Positions 1 through 9,025 of a stretch of 20,000 nt of DNA are shown in pieces (the first letter of the stretch is position 1; the number at the start of each line of letters is the position of its first letter). The stretch is from an uncultured virus (IMG/VR IMGVR_UViG_3300035428_000406) (lineage: Duplodnaviria; Heunggongvirae; Uroviricota; Caudoviricetes), in the IMG/VR virus record IMGVR_UViG_3300035428_000406. One strand, 5' to 3'. The translations under genes and the position numbers were made by a program. A model generated the notes under the pieces. That model was given only the letters and a program-made list of their open reading frames with translations. It searched no databases and was not told the DNA's origin.

Positions 1-313
1 TCCCGGGGTGTTGTAAGTTCATTACCCAGAAATATTCATCGTGATAGTGTTCGCAAGGCATCAACGCCCACGACATCTTATCCCAAAGGACAACACGAGG
101 ATAACGTCCATTTACTGTGATAATATCTCCCTCGTATATCTCCTTGCCGTTGAGGTCGAGCAGGCCTGTGAATTGGCCGACGGTCTCAGCTTGCACCCAC
201 GGTTGAGATTTGCTATTGCGGATGGCGAATGTGTTATCGCCATAGTCTATCAGGCTGCCATAGACCCAGTGGCCGTTAGCCGTTGTCTTGCCCCTAAATT
301 TAATCGTTCTCAT
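1..313 (-). CDS. YopX family phage protein (partial; runs off the window)
   Basis: Own translation from ATG 313: MRTIKFRGKTTANGHWVYGSL...ETVGQFTGLLDLNGKEIYEGDII, the YopX signature. ATGA overlap with the upstream gene. Not in the ORF track. Confidence 0.9.
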   Translation of the reverse strand, partial: MRTIKFRGKTTANGHWVYGSLIDYGDNTFAIRNSKSQPWVQAETVGQFTGLLDLNGKEIYEGDIITVNGRYPRVVLWDKMSWALMPCEHYHDEYFWVMNLQHPG

Positions 314-495
314 AACTTTTTGATTTTGTCTGTTAATTCTTGGGAGAAGCGGAAATATCCTAAAAAGGGTGATTGCTTGCAAATTCCTCTCAATCTACCA
401 CACATCCAACCAAGATGACACTCACTACATTTCGGCAGGGAAATATGTGGCGGTATAATCTCATAGACCTTGCCGTCAATTATTATTCCGTTCAT
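310..495 (-). CDS. small Cys-rich hypothetical phage protein (61 aa)
   Basis: MNGIIIDGKVYE...CSECHL...C...C; ATGA overlaps at both ends. Confidence 0.75.
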   Translation of the reverse strand: MNGIIIDGKVYEIIPPHISLPKCSECHLGWMCGRLRGICKQSPFLGYFRFSQELTDKIKKL

Positions 496-920
496 AGTCG
501 TTTGATTTTATCGGGGAAACACTCTTGTACTTCTTTGAGGGCTTTGAATGCTGCTTCCATCGGGGTCTTGCCCCATGATATTCCACAGCACAAAGTGCGC
601 TCAAGTGTTGCCAATCCTACCAATCGCTCATAAGCACACTCCCATGGCGTTATCTCTAATGGCTGATCGAGGAAAGTGTCAGGCTTGTTTGCAATTGTTT
701 CGTTGTAGGTTATATCTGCTTCAAGTTTGCAGATTATATCCTCCAAGGTATAGGCCGGAGTACTCGCAAGATTATCGGGGATAATACCTCCAGCGACACT
801 CAGCCGAGTTTTGCCGTCGGACAAGCGTACCAACCACACCATACTCGCGTCCGAGCAATCCAAACCGAGGGATTGAAGCTCGCGCATATGGTCTACACTT
901 AGGGCTATTTGTGGTTTCAT
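492..920 (-). CDS. hypothetical phage protein (142 aa), apparent paralog of 1128..1493
   Basis: Coupled ORF with LSVDHMRELQSLGLDCSDAS...PAYTLEDIICKL...PMEAAFKAL. Confidence 0.8.
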   Translation of the reverse strand: MKPQIALSVDHMRELQSLGLDCSDASMVWLVRLSDGKTRLSVAGGIIPDNLASTPAYTLEDIICKLEADITYNETIANKPDTFLDQPLEITPWECAYERLVGLATLERTLCCGISWGKTPMEAAFKALKEVQECFPDKIKRL

Positions 921-1144
921 CTCATTTCTATTGTTTTAGTTGTTGGCAATCCATCTTGCCAAGTGGGATGTCTATGCCCATATAATACTTGACATAAATT
1001 CCTGGCAAGTCTTTCTGCCTGTCGACATTCCGCGTTGAAATCTTCATCTAATGTCCCACACATAGAAGAAAGCGACTCAAGCAATTCTCTAATATCATCA
1101 GCTTCTTTCAGAGTTAATGATATTCTACTATTCTCTCTTTTCAT
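917..1144 (-). CDS. hypothetical phage protein (75 aa)
   Basis: ORF fills the operon gap; its TGA overlaps the next ATG. Confidence 0.7.
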   Translation of the reverse strand: MKRENSRISLTLKEADDIRELLESLSSMCGTLDEDFNAECRQAERLARNLCQVLYGHRHPTWQDGLPTTKTIEMR

Positions 1145-1493
1145 TCTTACTTCTCGTTAAAGTCAAATATAATAGCTCGAATAGCGCGTCGATGAGTTCG
1201 GGTGCGATAAAGTGTGTCATATTCTTATACCTGACTACCCATACCTTATTTCTTATATCCCATTCCATTGATAGCGGACAAACTAAAATAAAGTAGCCGT
1301 TTTGCTCGCTCGCTGGTATCTCTTTAGGCAGGAGCGAGAGAATGTCGGCAATATTGAAGATTTTTTCATGGCAAATCATATTACCACATGGCACTTCAAC
1401 ACATTCGCTTGCGTTGCTTGGGCTGACACCAAGCTCTATGAGGCGTTGTGATTGTTCGGGGGTTAGTTTAGCCTTCATTTTAATTTCAGTCAT
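1128..1493 (-). CDS. hypothetical phage protein (start likely ATG 1493 or 1478)
   Basis: KLTPEQSQRLIELGVSPSNAS...IFNIADILSLLPKEI...ELIDALFELL. Start shortened from the track's 1601 to avoid overlapping 1486..1716. Confidence 0.75.
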   Translation of the reverse strand: MTEIKMKAKLTPEQSQRLIELGVSPSNASECVEVPCGNMICHEKIFNIADILSLLPKEIPASEQNGYFILVCPLSMEWDIRNKVWVVRYKNMTHFIAPELIDALFELLYLTLTRSKNEKRE

Positions 1494-1716
1494 ATTTGTG
1501 CCAATTACGAAATGATAGACGACTAACTTGTAACCACGTTTTGGAATTGCCGCCGCTTGATGTTCCTTGTGCGCAGATTTGCCCCAAGACACGCTTTCCA
1601 TTCACATTAAGCACAGGATAGACCAAAGGGCTTCCGTCTATCTCCGAGAATGTGATATACAAGTCGGATAGGCCGTCAACACCGGATAGGTCGGTGAGTT
1701 TGTCGTAGTCAATCAT
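1486..1716 (-). CDS. hypothetical phage protein (76 aa)
   Basis: ATG ORF that fits the operon packing. Confidence 0.65.
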   Translation of the reverse strand: MIDYDKLTDLSGVDGLSDLYITFSEIDGSPLVYPVLNVNGKRVLGQICAQGTSSGGNSKTWLQVSRLSFRNWHKYD

Positions 1717-1739
1717 AGTTTGTCAAATTAGGGCTATGC

Positions 1740-2036
1740 TCATTCGTTTTTCCATACAATTTCAAGCGGTCGGTCAAAGTAAATCCACTCCCAACGGATA
1801 TTGAGCCATGCAATATCCAACGACTTGGAATACTTGGAGTAGTACCACCACCAGTACCGCTTACCAAGGGTCAAGCTGATTCTAAACGCTCCTTTCTTGC
1901 GGTAGGTGCTGACTATGACGTAACCCTTGCGGCAATATCGCTTGCATGTTTCAAGATCGCGGTGTTCAAATGATATGCCAGTCATGTCAGCCGACCTCAC
2001 CTGATACCCGCTTATAGCTTTTTGTTTCGCTTTCAT
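1740..2036 (-). CDS. hypothetical phage protein (98 aa, Trp/Tyr-rich)
   Basis: ATGA overlap with the ASCH gene. Confidence 0.7.
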   Translation of the reverse strand: MKAKQKAISGYQVRSADMTGISFEHRDLETCKRYCRKGYVIVSTYRKKGAFRISLTLGKRYWWWYYSKYSKSLDIAWLNIRWEWIYFDRPLEIVWKNE

Positions 2037-2371
2037 ATTTGTTTACCGAGTTTGATGATGAATACCTCCATATCTTCGGGCGCACCCCATTCGGGATTGC
2101 CTTTACCGATTGTGAAACCCTCAATCTCGAAGATCATTGTTGTTGAAGTGTAGCCACGATGAAAGCAGACGTGTGAGTAGTCTTTGAAATTTATTATCCG
2201 CTCTTGCTCCAATCGTCCAAAATAGTGGCATATTTTTTCTCCGTCCTTTGTCAGTATCAGCAATCGTTTTATCCAATACTCGGTGAGGTCACGATATTCC
2301 TCCGGCTTAACACCCGAAGCAATCATGTCGTACCACTTGCCTTTGAGAATTAGGTGTAACTGATTTTCCAT
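2033..2371 (-). CDS. ASCH (PUA-like) domain protein
   Basis: LHLILKGKWYDMIASGVKPEEYRD matches the ASCH GxKxxExR motif; C-terminal GNPEWGAP...FIIKLG. Confidence 0.85.
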   Translation of the reverse strand: MENQLHLILKGKWYDMIASGVKPEEYRDLTEYWIKRLLILTKDGEKICHYFGRLEQERIINFKDYSHVCFHRGYTSTTMIFEIEGFTIGKGNPEWGAPEDMEVFIIKLGKQI

Positions 2372-2380
2372 AATCAATTA

Positions 2381-3055
2381 TCAGGTTTTTAATGTCCGAG
2401 ACAAGGAGATTGATCTATACGGATTTATGCTGAAAATCGGCATAATGATTATGTCGATGTCGTCATTTAGATTGAATAGTGTGGCGCGTGTGCTACCACC
2501 AAAAGTGACAGTACATTCAGCACAATCGCAGAATCTCATTGCCTCAAGAAGCAACTGTAATAGTGAGGCCCTAAAATTTAGCAACCCTATTCGCACAGCG
2601 GCATCAGGGGCTATAACTTTTCGTCCAGAGGGTTCAGATTTTGACAACGACATATAACCGCTGCCGTCGCATACCGGACACTCGAAAACCCTTGTCCAGT
2701 GCCTGTATTCCCAATCAACTCTACCGTCTCCGTTACATTCTTTACAATCCACATCTTCTCCGACAGTAATCATTTCATCTATTAGCGGAGCATAGGAGAT
2801 AGCATTTTCAAGCGTCAACGCCGTAAGTATCCCGTTGGGAGTACATGTCGGGAACAGCTTGTTGGTGTTATCGCTATTGTATTGAGGATAATCGGCGGTT
2901 GTAAGATACCCGTTGACACGGATAAGTATATGGGTTTCCGTGGCAAACACTTGGTTTCGTTCACGCCACGGCTTCATGAACTTTGCTCGATCTTCGTCGG
3001 TGCTGACAAACATCTGCAATAGTTCATCTATGGATTTGATTTTATTTTCGCTCAT
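2381..3055 (-). CDS. protein with DnaJ-type CxxCxGxG zinc finger and beta-clamp-like flanks (224 aa)
   Basis: CKECNGDG and CPVCDGSG. Flanking VFATETHIL, NFRASLL and IIIMPI resemble DnaN motifs ATDGHRL, FNxxYL and VMPM. Confidence 0.7.
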   Translation of the reverse strand: MSENKIKSIDELLQMFVSTDEDRAKFMKPWRERNQVFATETHILIRVNGYLTTADYPQYNSDNTNKLFPTCTPNGILTALTLENAISYAPLIDEMITVGEDVDCKECNGDGRVDWEYRHWTRVFECPVCDGSGYMSLSKSEPSGRKVIAPDAAVRIGLLNFRASLLQLLLEAMRFCDCAECTVTFGGSTRATLFNLNDDIDIIIMPIFSINPYRSISLSRTLKT

Positions 3056-3106
3056 GTTATATAATGCTTTTGAGAAATTGTATATAATTTTCCGAGAAAA
3101 TTGTAT

Positions 3107-3286
3107 TTAGGTAATGATGAATTGAATATTGAAGTAGTATTCCTGATTGAGACGGCGCACCTGCGGAAACCGCCACGGGCTATCTCCATAAGGAATGAAG
3201 ATAACCCGCTGTTTTGTATCGACGGTTATTCCGTGGCGGCGCAGCCGGTAGAGCAAGTTGGCTCTACGCTTTAGCGGCGGTGTCAT
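3107..3286 (-). CDS. small basic hypothetical phage protein (59 aa)
   Basis: Own translation MTPPLKRRANLLYRLRRHGITVDTKQRVIFIPYGDSPWRFPQVRRLNQEYYFNIQFIIT; ATGA overlap with the dUTPase stop. Confidence 0.75.
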   Translation of the reverse strand: MTPPLKRRANLLYRLRRHGITVDTKQRVIFIPYGDSPWRFPQVRRLNQEYYFNIQFIIT

Positions 3287-3822
3287 GCTCCTGTGTGTCC
3301 AAAGCCGCCAGTGCCTCGTTTAGTCTCGGACAATTCCTCGACAACTTCAAAATGATCGACACTGGCGACGTTATAAAACGTCATTTGCGCAATGCGAGTA
3401 CCGGCTTTAATCAGGAATGGTTTTCCCGGTTCATGGTTGAGTATGATAACACCACACTCGCCCCGATAGTCGGGGTCAATCTTGCCGACGATAACATCAG
3501 CGTTAAAGTAGTCGGCCATGTCTACACGGCTGAATAGAGGGCCGTCGTAGTCCTCTTCGTCTCGTTGAAGTTTTGATGGAGACGGAGACCCCGGCTTGAT
3601 AAGTTCAAACCCCTCGATACCTTTGGAAGAAAAGCCGGAACGTGGCTCAACTTTAGCCTCGACACCTTTCGGAAGTTCCAGAGCGAATCCGAGAGGAATA
3701 ACCTGTCGTTTACGCTCAATGCAGATGTCACAAGGGACGGCAAGGTCATAGCCGATTGCGTCCTCGGTCTTTTTGACGGGAAGAAGTGCGTCGTTACGCA
3801 GTTTTTTAATTTTGATGTTCAT
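3283..3822 (-). CDS. dut: trimeric dUTPase with an insertion between motifs II and III
   Basis: Motifs IGYDL, PRSGFS, GKIDPDYRGE, GTRIAQ and RGTGGFGHTG; likely start MNIKIKKL at 3822. Confidence 0.93.
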   Translation of the reverse strand: MNIKIKKLRNDALLPVKKTEDAIGYDLAVPCDICIERKRQVIPLGFALELPKGVEAKVEPRSGFSSKGIEGFELIKPGSPSPSKLQRDEEDYDGPLFSRVDMADYFNADVIVGKIDPDYRGECGVIILNHEPGKPFLIKAGTRIAQMTFYNVASVDHFEVVEELSETKRGTGGFGHTGA

Positions 3823-3829
3823 ACGACGA

Positions 3830-4195
3830 TTATTTAGAGTTGAGAATTTCGCAAAGCTCATCGGCTTCACGACGGTTAAATTCCTCGTCTTCATCATCGA
3901 AGCCTTTGATGAATGTATGGTATTCCGAGCCGTTGATAAAGCAGCGGCGGAGTACGACCCAACGAGAGCCGCTTGTGCATGGAGAAGCGTAGTATGTCAC
4001 ATCTTCATGGTTCATTACGGAACAGATTTTGTCAAGGCTGGACTTCAAAGTCTCTTTATCGCCGAAAAGTTCCAGATTATTTAACTTTAAGTCTTTGACT
4101 TTGTGACGCAGCCTGCCGTTGATGTAGACACAGCGACCAAGCAGAAATGCCAGCACAACAGTGAGGCATATTGCGATTGTTGATACGATTGTCAT
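3830..4195 (-). CDS. hypothetical protein with N-terminal transmembrane helix
   Basis: Hydrophobic IVSTIAICLTVVLAFLLG segment; coupled to the upstream gene. Confidence 0.75.
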   Translation of the reverse strand: MTIVSTIAICLTVVLAFLLGRCVYINGRLRHKVKDLKLNNLELFGDKETLKSSLDKICSVMNHEDVTYYASPCTSGSRWVVLRRCFINGSEYHTFIKGFDDEDEEFNRREADELCEILNSK

Positions 4196-4482
4196 TTTGA
4201 TGAGGTATTTGATTTTTGAACTGACTTCAAAGCGTTGTAGACATTTTCTGCATTAGTAATTGCCAATGTTAGAACTTTACAAACGGATTCGGTAACTTGC
4301 TTAACCTTCGCCCAGTCCATGTCTGAATCGAAGCAGCTATTGGTGATATGTGTGGCAAGTGCCGAGGTTAGGAGCGAAAGTGCTTCGCCGGACGGGAGTG
4401 GCTCAATTGCCTTTTCAACTTCTTCCAATGCCTTTTTATAGGCAGGATTGTCCATTACAGATTTATTCATCTTATTAGCCAA
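4192..4482 (-). CDS. hypothetical phage protein (start may be ATG 4470)
   Basis: ORF fills the gap; its TGA overlaps the next ATG. Confidence 0.7.
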   Translation of the reverse strand: MANKMNKSVMDNPAYKKALEEVEKAIEPLPSGEALSLLTSALATHITNSCFDSDMDWAKVKQVTESVCKVLTLAITNAENVYNALKSVQKSNTSSK

Positions 4483-4496
4483 AATTTAATGTTGGT

Positions 4497-5357
4497 TTAT
4501 CGGCGAGACTCGCCGGTTAGAGGTATGACGTTATAAGTTTTGAAGCGATCTACCAAACGGCCATAAGCGTCTTTGGCGTTGAACATGGCCGTCAGTTTGG
4601 CGTTGTCGAGGTTAGTCGTAAGGTGGGCGAACTTGCGGTCCGATATAGCCATAGTCCACAGTTCATTACGAGCGTGCAGGAAGTCGGAAACAATCGTAAG
4701 CGTATCTATGCCGTAGAATGGTCGGTTTTCCACTCCAATATCGTTGAGACATAGATGTATGGGCTTAATCTGAAACCCGGTCGAGCCTTCCTCGTTGTAT
4801 GTGTAGAGGTCGATATTGTTATGCAACGAAAAGTGATTGACCATTTGCGTGACAGACACATTCAGGAAGTATCGAGGATTTTTCGTGCGCTTTAGATACT
4901 CACTGAAAATTTGCATCATCAGCGTTTTGCCTGTGCCTTTCTTTCCTTGAAGCATAATGTTCTTATGCAGCTTATAGCCACGGTCGGGGAAGACTTCTTC
5001 AGCAAGTGGGCAACCGTTGAAATAAAGCAACAGAAAGCGTATCACATCTTTGTTGTGCTCGTCTATCTCGAAGCGTCGGTTTTGAGGCTTCAGGACAATC
5101 TCATTGGCGACGTAGATAAGGAAATTCGCGTGTGCGTTGTAGATGTTCTGGTCGGCGAGATTGTTAGCTTCAAGCCTCGCTTTCTCGTTTTCTTTTTGTG
5201 ACAAGATGACGAGCTTGTCTATTTCATGCCACGGGGCTTCTTTCTTACTGTCGCGGCAACGCAGCGTGTGCAACATCGCCTGATCCCATTCGAGGTTACC
5301 TGTCGGCTTCTTGCCGTATTTGGCAAGTTCGGTAATTAGAGTTTGTGGATATGCCAT
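4497..5357 (-). CDS. P-loop ATPase, DnaC/IstB-like helicase loader
   Basis: Walker A GKKGTGKT, Walker B LCLNDIG, HLTTNL, YGRLVDRF and terminal GESRR; directly follows the initiator gene. Confidence 0.85.
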   Translation of the reverse strand: MAYPQTLITELAKYGKKPTGNLEWDQAMLHTLRCRDSKKEAPWHEIDKLVILSQKENEKARLEANNLADQNIYNAHANFLIYVANEIVLKPQNRRFEIDEHNKDVIRFLLLYFNGCPLAEEVFPDRGYKLHKNIMLQGKKGTGKTLMMQIFSEYLKRTKNPRYFLNVSVTQMVNHFSLHNNIDLYTYNEEGSTGFQIKPIHLCLNDIGVENRPFYGIDTLTIVSDFLHARNELWTMAISDRKFAHLTTNLDNAKLTAMFNAKDAYGRLVDRFKTYNVIPLTGESRR

Positions 5358-5359
5358 TG

Positions 5360-6163
5360 TTAAATGTCTTTACTGCCGAAGCCGCCTGAATAGGTGTAGT
5401 CAGTCGGCGAGTTGTCGGCGATAGTTGCAGAAACGTCGTTGAGCTTGCCTTGCGATAGCAGGTTGCAGAAATGCCGTTTTGCGTCGGTCACATCGTCATG
5501 CTCACGCTTTTCTCGTGACAGACAGTGGAGCTTGAAGTTTGCGACCTTATGCTTGAATTGTTCTGAAGTTAGGTTATATCTCATGCAGACCGGCTCGCTC
5601 CATATTGTGTCGGACAGCATAGCAGCGATGGAGTCGTCGAGCGGAACAGGCGCGCTCTTTTGCTTGAATACAGGCGCGGGAGCGTCGGCCACCGGCGGCG
5701 CAGGTTGAGTGACGACTTTCGGAGCTTTGGGAGAGGGCGGGGACGGTGGAGTTTGCTTCGCCGGAGCAGGTACTGGGTTATCGAGTAGACAATACTCCGT
5801 AATAGCATTTTTGCGGTGCATTTTCGTGCTGATAGCTTGGTATCTGCGTTGAATACCTTTGCTCGTCAATATGGAAGCCGAATCAAACAGGTCCTTATTG
5901 AAGAAATCCCACTTAACCAAGCGTTTTATAATCTGGTCGAGCAAGTCAGCAGAGACGCCCGGCAACTCTTTGAGCAGTTTGAATTTCAACATTTCAGTCC
6001 ACTCTATGTAGTAACCGTTGCGATATACCGCACAGAGCAGCTTGATTGTCGTAATCTCGCCTTTGATACCAAACTCGCCGCTTATGGCATACAACTTTTC
6101 ATCGGAAAAGAAGTCAACATCAAACGGAAAGTAATCAAGACCATGCTTTATTGGACGTGCCAT
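5360..6163 (-). CDS. DUF4373-type phage replication initiator
   Basis: MARPIKHGLDYFPFDVDFFSDEK...LTSKGIQRRY N-terminal domain, Pro-rich linker and C-terminal domain. Confidence 0.85.
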   Translation of the reverse strand: MARPIKHGLDYFPFDVDFFSDEKLYAISGEFGIKGEITTIKLLCAVYRNGYYIEWTEMLKFKLLKELPGVSADLLDQIIKRLVKWDFFNKDLFDSASILTSKGIQRRYQAISTKMHRKNAITEYCLLDNPVPAPAKQTPPSPPSPKAPKVVTQPAPPVADAPAPVFKQKSAPVPLDDSIAAMLSDTIWSEPVCMRYNLTSEQFKHKVANFKLHCLSREKREHDDVTDAKRHFCNLLSQGKLNDVSATIADNSPTDYTYSGGFGSKDI

Positions 6164-6165
6164 AA

Positions 6166-6561
6166 CTAAATCTCTTTTATTGTGATACCATGCACCAACA
6201 ACATCAACTTACGTTTGATGATGTATTCGGGAGTGTGAAAGCCTTTTGTGTCCTCGACTACGGTTTGCCCGGTGGCATTGTCGATATACACGAAGTCAGC
6301 CTTATACCGTACAGGCTTTTCCTCTATCCCCTCGCAGTTGATCTGCGAGGGGATAAGGAGATAAACCACCTGTTCGCGTAAGTCAGAAATCAGGCCGGCT
6401 TTGAGCAGCAGCTTCAACTGTTGTGCGCGGTAATACTCTTTCTTTGAGTCGTAGCCGTTGCACTTTTCAGCATGATACTTGCTTTTCTTCTTGCCGGTTC
6501 CTGATTTTTGTTTCTCTGCGAGAGCACGGAATTGTTCAACCGTCAGCTTTTCCCGTTCCAT
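6166..6561 (-). CDS. DUF1064 family PD-(D/E)XK nuclease
   Basis: SKYHA...YDSKKE...LREQV...YKADFVY...VVEDTKG...YIIKRKLM. Confidence 0.88.
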   Translation of the reverse strand: MEREKLTVEQFRALAEKQKSGTGKKKSKYHAEKCNGYDSKKEYYRAQQLKLLLKAGLISDLREQVVYLLIPSQINCEGIEEKPVRYKADFVYIDNATGQTVVEDTKGFHTPEYIIKRKLMLLVHGITIKEI

Positions 6562-6997
6562 TTGTTGAAGACAGCTTTGCCGGATAAATATCTATGATTT
6601 TTGTCTCGGCAACCTTTTCGATCTCGAAGTCGGCCATAGTTCCCTTCATGCCTTTGTTGAAAGTGTCGGTAGCTTCCTGTTGGCTGTCGGCCTGTACCAT
6701 GACATAAACAGCCGTCCGGCGTTCCTTTGCCGACTTTTCATCAACAGTGATGATGTTATACTTGACAGACCACCATTTATCGGCGCAGTTGTTGAAGAAA
6801 ATCTCCGCGATATTGGTTTTCTTAATCGCTGGTATGCTGAAATCGCCGCTGATGTAGGGCTTGCACTCTTCGATTATGCGTGCTTCTGCCTCGGTGAAGC
6901 TGAGGGCATCGACAAGGTAAGATTCGGTTACTTTTTTTACGGAGCCGTTCTCCATCATCTTGTCGAAGCGTACTTTACATTCAAACCACAGTGCCAT
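6536..6997 (-). CDS. DUF4494 family protein
   Basis: WFECKVRFDKMMENG...YLVDALSFTEAEARIIEE, a Bacteroidetes-specific family. Confidence 0.88.
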   Translation of the reverse strand: MALWFECKVRFDKMMENGSVKKVTESYLVDALSFTEAEARIIEECKPYISGDFSIPAIKKTNIAEIFFNNCADKWWSVKYNIITVDEKSAKERRTAVYVMVQADSQQEATDTFNKGMKGTMADFEIEKVAETKIIDIYPAKLSSTNGTGKADG

Positions 6998-6999
6998 AG

Positions 7000-7281
7000 T
7001 TATGCCTTGGAATTAAGTTTGTCTTTGAGTTCTTTGGAAAGCACGAGTTTGGCGGAGCGGTGGGCCGGTATAACCATAGGTTTGTCAGCACCGATGTCGC
7101 GGCCAATCTTCTCGGCCTTTACAACAGGTTTGATTGTGGCAAACCCACGGAGTGTTACCGCCTCGCCACGAGCGAGAGAGTCGGATATTGTGCTGATAAC
7201 GCCCTCGACGGCACGAATGGCCGATGAACGATGAAGGCCACAGTTGTTAGTCAAGTGGTCGATGATGTCTTGCTTTGTCAT
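7000..7281 (-). CDS. HU/IHF-family DNA-binding protein
   Basis: MTKQDII...LARGEAVTLRGFATI...GRDI...IPAHRSAKL. Confidence 0.9.
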   Translation of the reverse strand: MTKQDIIDHLTNNCGLHRSSAIRAVEGVISTISDSLARGEAVTLRGFATIKPVVKAEKIGRDIGADKPMVIPAHRSAKLVLSKELKDKLNSKA

Positions 7282-7448
7282 TTTTCTGATTGTTGTTTTT
7301 TAAGTTTACGGTTTATCTTTTCTTTAAGCTGATTGATAGCCCATGCGTGTGTGCTATTACGCAGTCCTTTCTTGGACTTGTATTGCTCGATAGCAATATC
7401 AAGGCATGTCAGGATACGTTCAATATCTGCATTGCTAATTTCAACCAT
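7278..7448 (-). CDS. small hypothetical protein (56 aa)
   Basis: Own translation MVEISNADIERILTCLDIAIEQYKSKKGLRNSTHAWAINQLKEKINRKLKKQQSEK; overlaps both neighbours in coupled fashion. Confidence 0.7.
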   Translation of the reverse strand: MVEISNADIERILTCLDIAIEQYKSKKGLRNSTHAWAINQLKEKINRKLKKQQSEK

Positions 7449-8844
7449 AGTCCATGAACATGTTTACCAACTCATCGAAATACAGTTGGTCGGTTGGTAC
7501 GTCGTCGTCAGTGCCTAATATCTGATTGGCGATTGACTTTTTATCGTGGATAATCCGGTAGAGTTTATGGTCGATAGTATGCTCACCGAGCAAGTAATAA
7601 CACGTCACGTTCTCTTTTTGGCCTATGCGGTGACAGCGGTCCTCGCACTGACAGCAGTCGGCATAAGTCCACGGAAATTCCACAAAAGCCACGGAAGACG
7701 AGGCCGTCAGGGTCAAGCCGACACCTGCGGCCTTGATAGAACAGATAGCGAGTTTGGAGTGTCCGCCCTGAAAGCTATCCACAGCCGCCTGTTTCTCGAC
7801 AAGGCTTTCACGGCCTGTAATAGTGACGGCTTTTGGAAATTGTTTTTTGAGAGCGTCCACAATATCGTGATAGGAGCAGAAGACAACCAGTGGCTTGTCG
7901 TTGGCAAGATGTGTCTTGATGAAGTCCACGGCCTGTTTAACTTTGCCTTTGGCGGACAAGGAGCGCAGAGTCATGAACTTTACCAACGCTTTCATACGCA
8001 TTTTGCGGCGTATCTCCACGTCGGTACACTCGGTGTATTCTTCGAGATAGCGGCGCAGATCGTTCTCTGCAACGTCGTATTCCTCGCGGTTGCTGATGTC
8101 AACGTATAGATCGACGCGTGTCTTGTCGGGCAAGTCGGTCAATACCGTTTTCTTTTCGCGGCGTATCATGCACTTGTCGTAGAGTTGACGCGATAATTCC
8201 GAGAGGTCACTGTCTTTATCGCCGTAGTCGGTCAGGAACTTGCCACGACCGCCAAACTCCGTCAGCCGCTCCATAATCGAGAGCTGCGCAACGAGGTCGT
8301 GCGGACGGTTGACGACAGGAGTTCCGGAGAGCAGCACGATATACGGTTTGCCGGTGGTTATGCCTTTTGTGAATATTGTTTGCTGTGCGCCGGGGTCTTT
8401 GACGCGGTGGCTCTCGTCGATGATAACGGAGCGGAAGCGTTTTATATCAGGGCAGAAAACAACATCTTTCAATCGGAATGTGCCGTTGGCCTTAATATCC
8501 CACACGAAGTATTTGCGTAGGCTCTCGTAGTTGACAATGGCAACCTGATACATTCCCATTTGAAGCAGGTATGGCCACGTCGTTCTTGTGGAATTATCAA
8601 GGACTAACGCTTTCTTATCGGTAAACTTTTCAAACTCGCGTTGCCAATTTATCTTCAACGAGGCAGGGCAGATAACCAAACAGGGGTAGGCATTGGCGCA
8701 GTCGGCAATACCTATGCTCTGCAAGGTCTTTCCAAGCCCCGGCTCGTCGCCGATTATCAATCGCTTTTTTTGCAAACCGAAAAGAATACCGTCGCGCTGA
8801 TAGGGGTAAGGCTCGACACGGAGATTATGTTTTAGTTCGGGCAT
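7441..8844 (-). CDS. SNF2-family (HARP/SMARCAL1-like) helicase
   Basis: GDEPGLGKT, ICPASLKINW, IIDESH, LSGTP, AAGVGLTL and QCEDRCHRIGQ. Confidence 0.93.
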   Translation of the reverse strand: MPELKHNLRVEPYPYQRDGILFGLQKKRLIIGDEPGLGKTLQSIGIADCANAYPCLVICPASLKINWQREFEKFTDKKALVLDNSTRTTWPYLLQMGMYQVAIVNYESLRKYFVWDIKANGTFRLKDVVFCPDIKRFRSVIIDESHRVKDPGAQQTIFTKGITTGKPYIVLLSGTPVVNRPHDLVAQLSIMERLTEFGGRGKFLTDYGDKDSDLSELSRQLYDKCMIRREKKTVLTDLPDKTRVDLYVDISNREEYDVAENDLRRYLEEYTECTDVEIRRKMRMKALVKFMTLRSLSAKGKVKQAVDFIKTHLANDKPLVVFCSYHDIVDALKKQFPKAVTITGRESLVEKQAAVDSFQGGHSKLAICSIKAAGVGLTLTASSSVAFVEFPWTYADCCQCEDRCHRIGQKENVTCYYLLGEHTIDHKLYRIIHDKKSIANQILGTDDDVPTDQLYFDELVNMFMDYG

Positions 8845-9023
8845 AGTCGATAATCCTTTCCTTTGAGCGTTGGCAGACGGCTCTCGACGTGCCGTTTAAT
8901 CTTTGAAAGAGAGAAAACAGGCACACCGAAAGCGTCTATACTGTCGGCCAACAAGGTTGACACACGCATGGTATGGACAAACTTGTCGCCGAGCATGATG
9001 TCAAATTCAATATACTTTCGCAT
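8832..9023 (-). CDS. small hypothetical protein (63 aa)
   Basis: MRKYIEFDIMLGDKFVHTMR...VESRLPTLKGKDY; ATG lies just after the nuclease stop. Confidence 0.75.
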   Translation of the reverse strand: MRKYIEFDIMLGDKFVHTMRVSTLLADSIDAFGVPVFSLSKIKRHVESRLPTLKGKDYRLCPN

Positions 9024-9025
9024 AG

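Noticed and set aside
3072..3106. Direct repeat GAGAAA(A)TTGTAT x2 in an intergenic gap
   Set aside because: Short, AT-rich and only two copies; no function can be supported.
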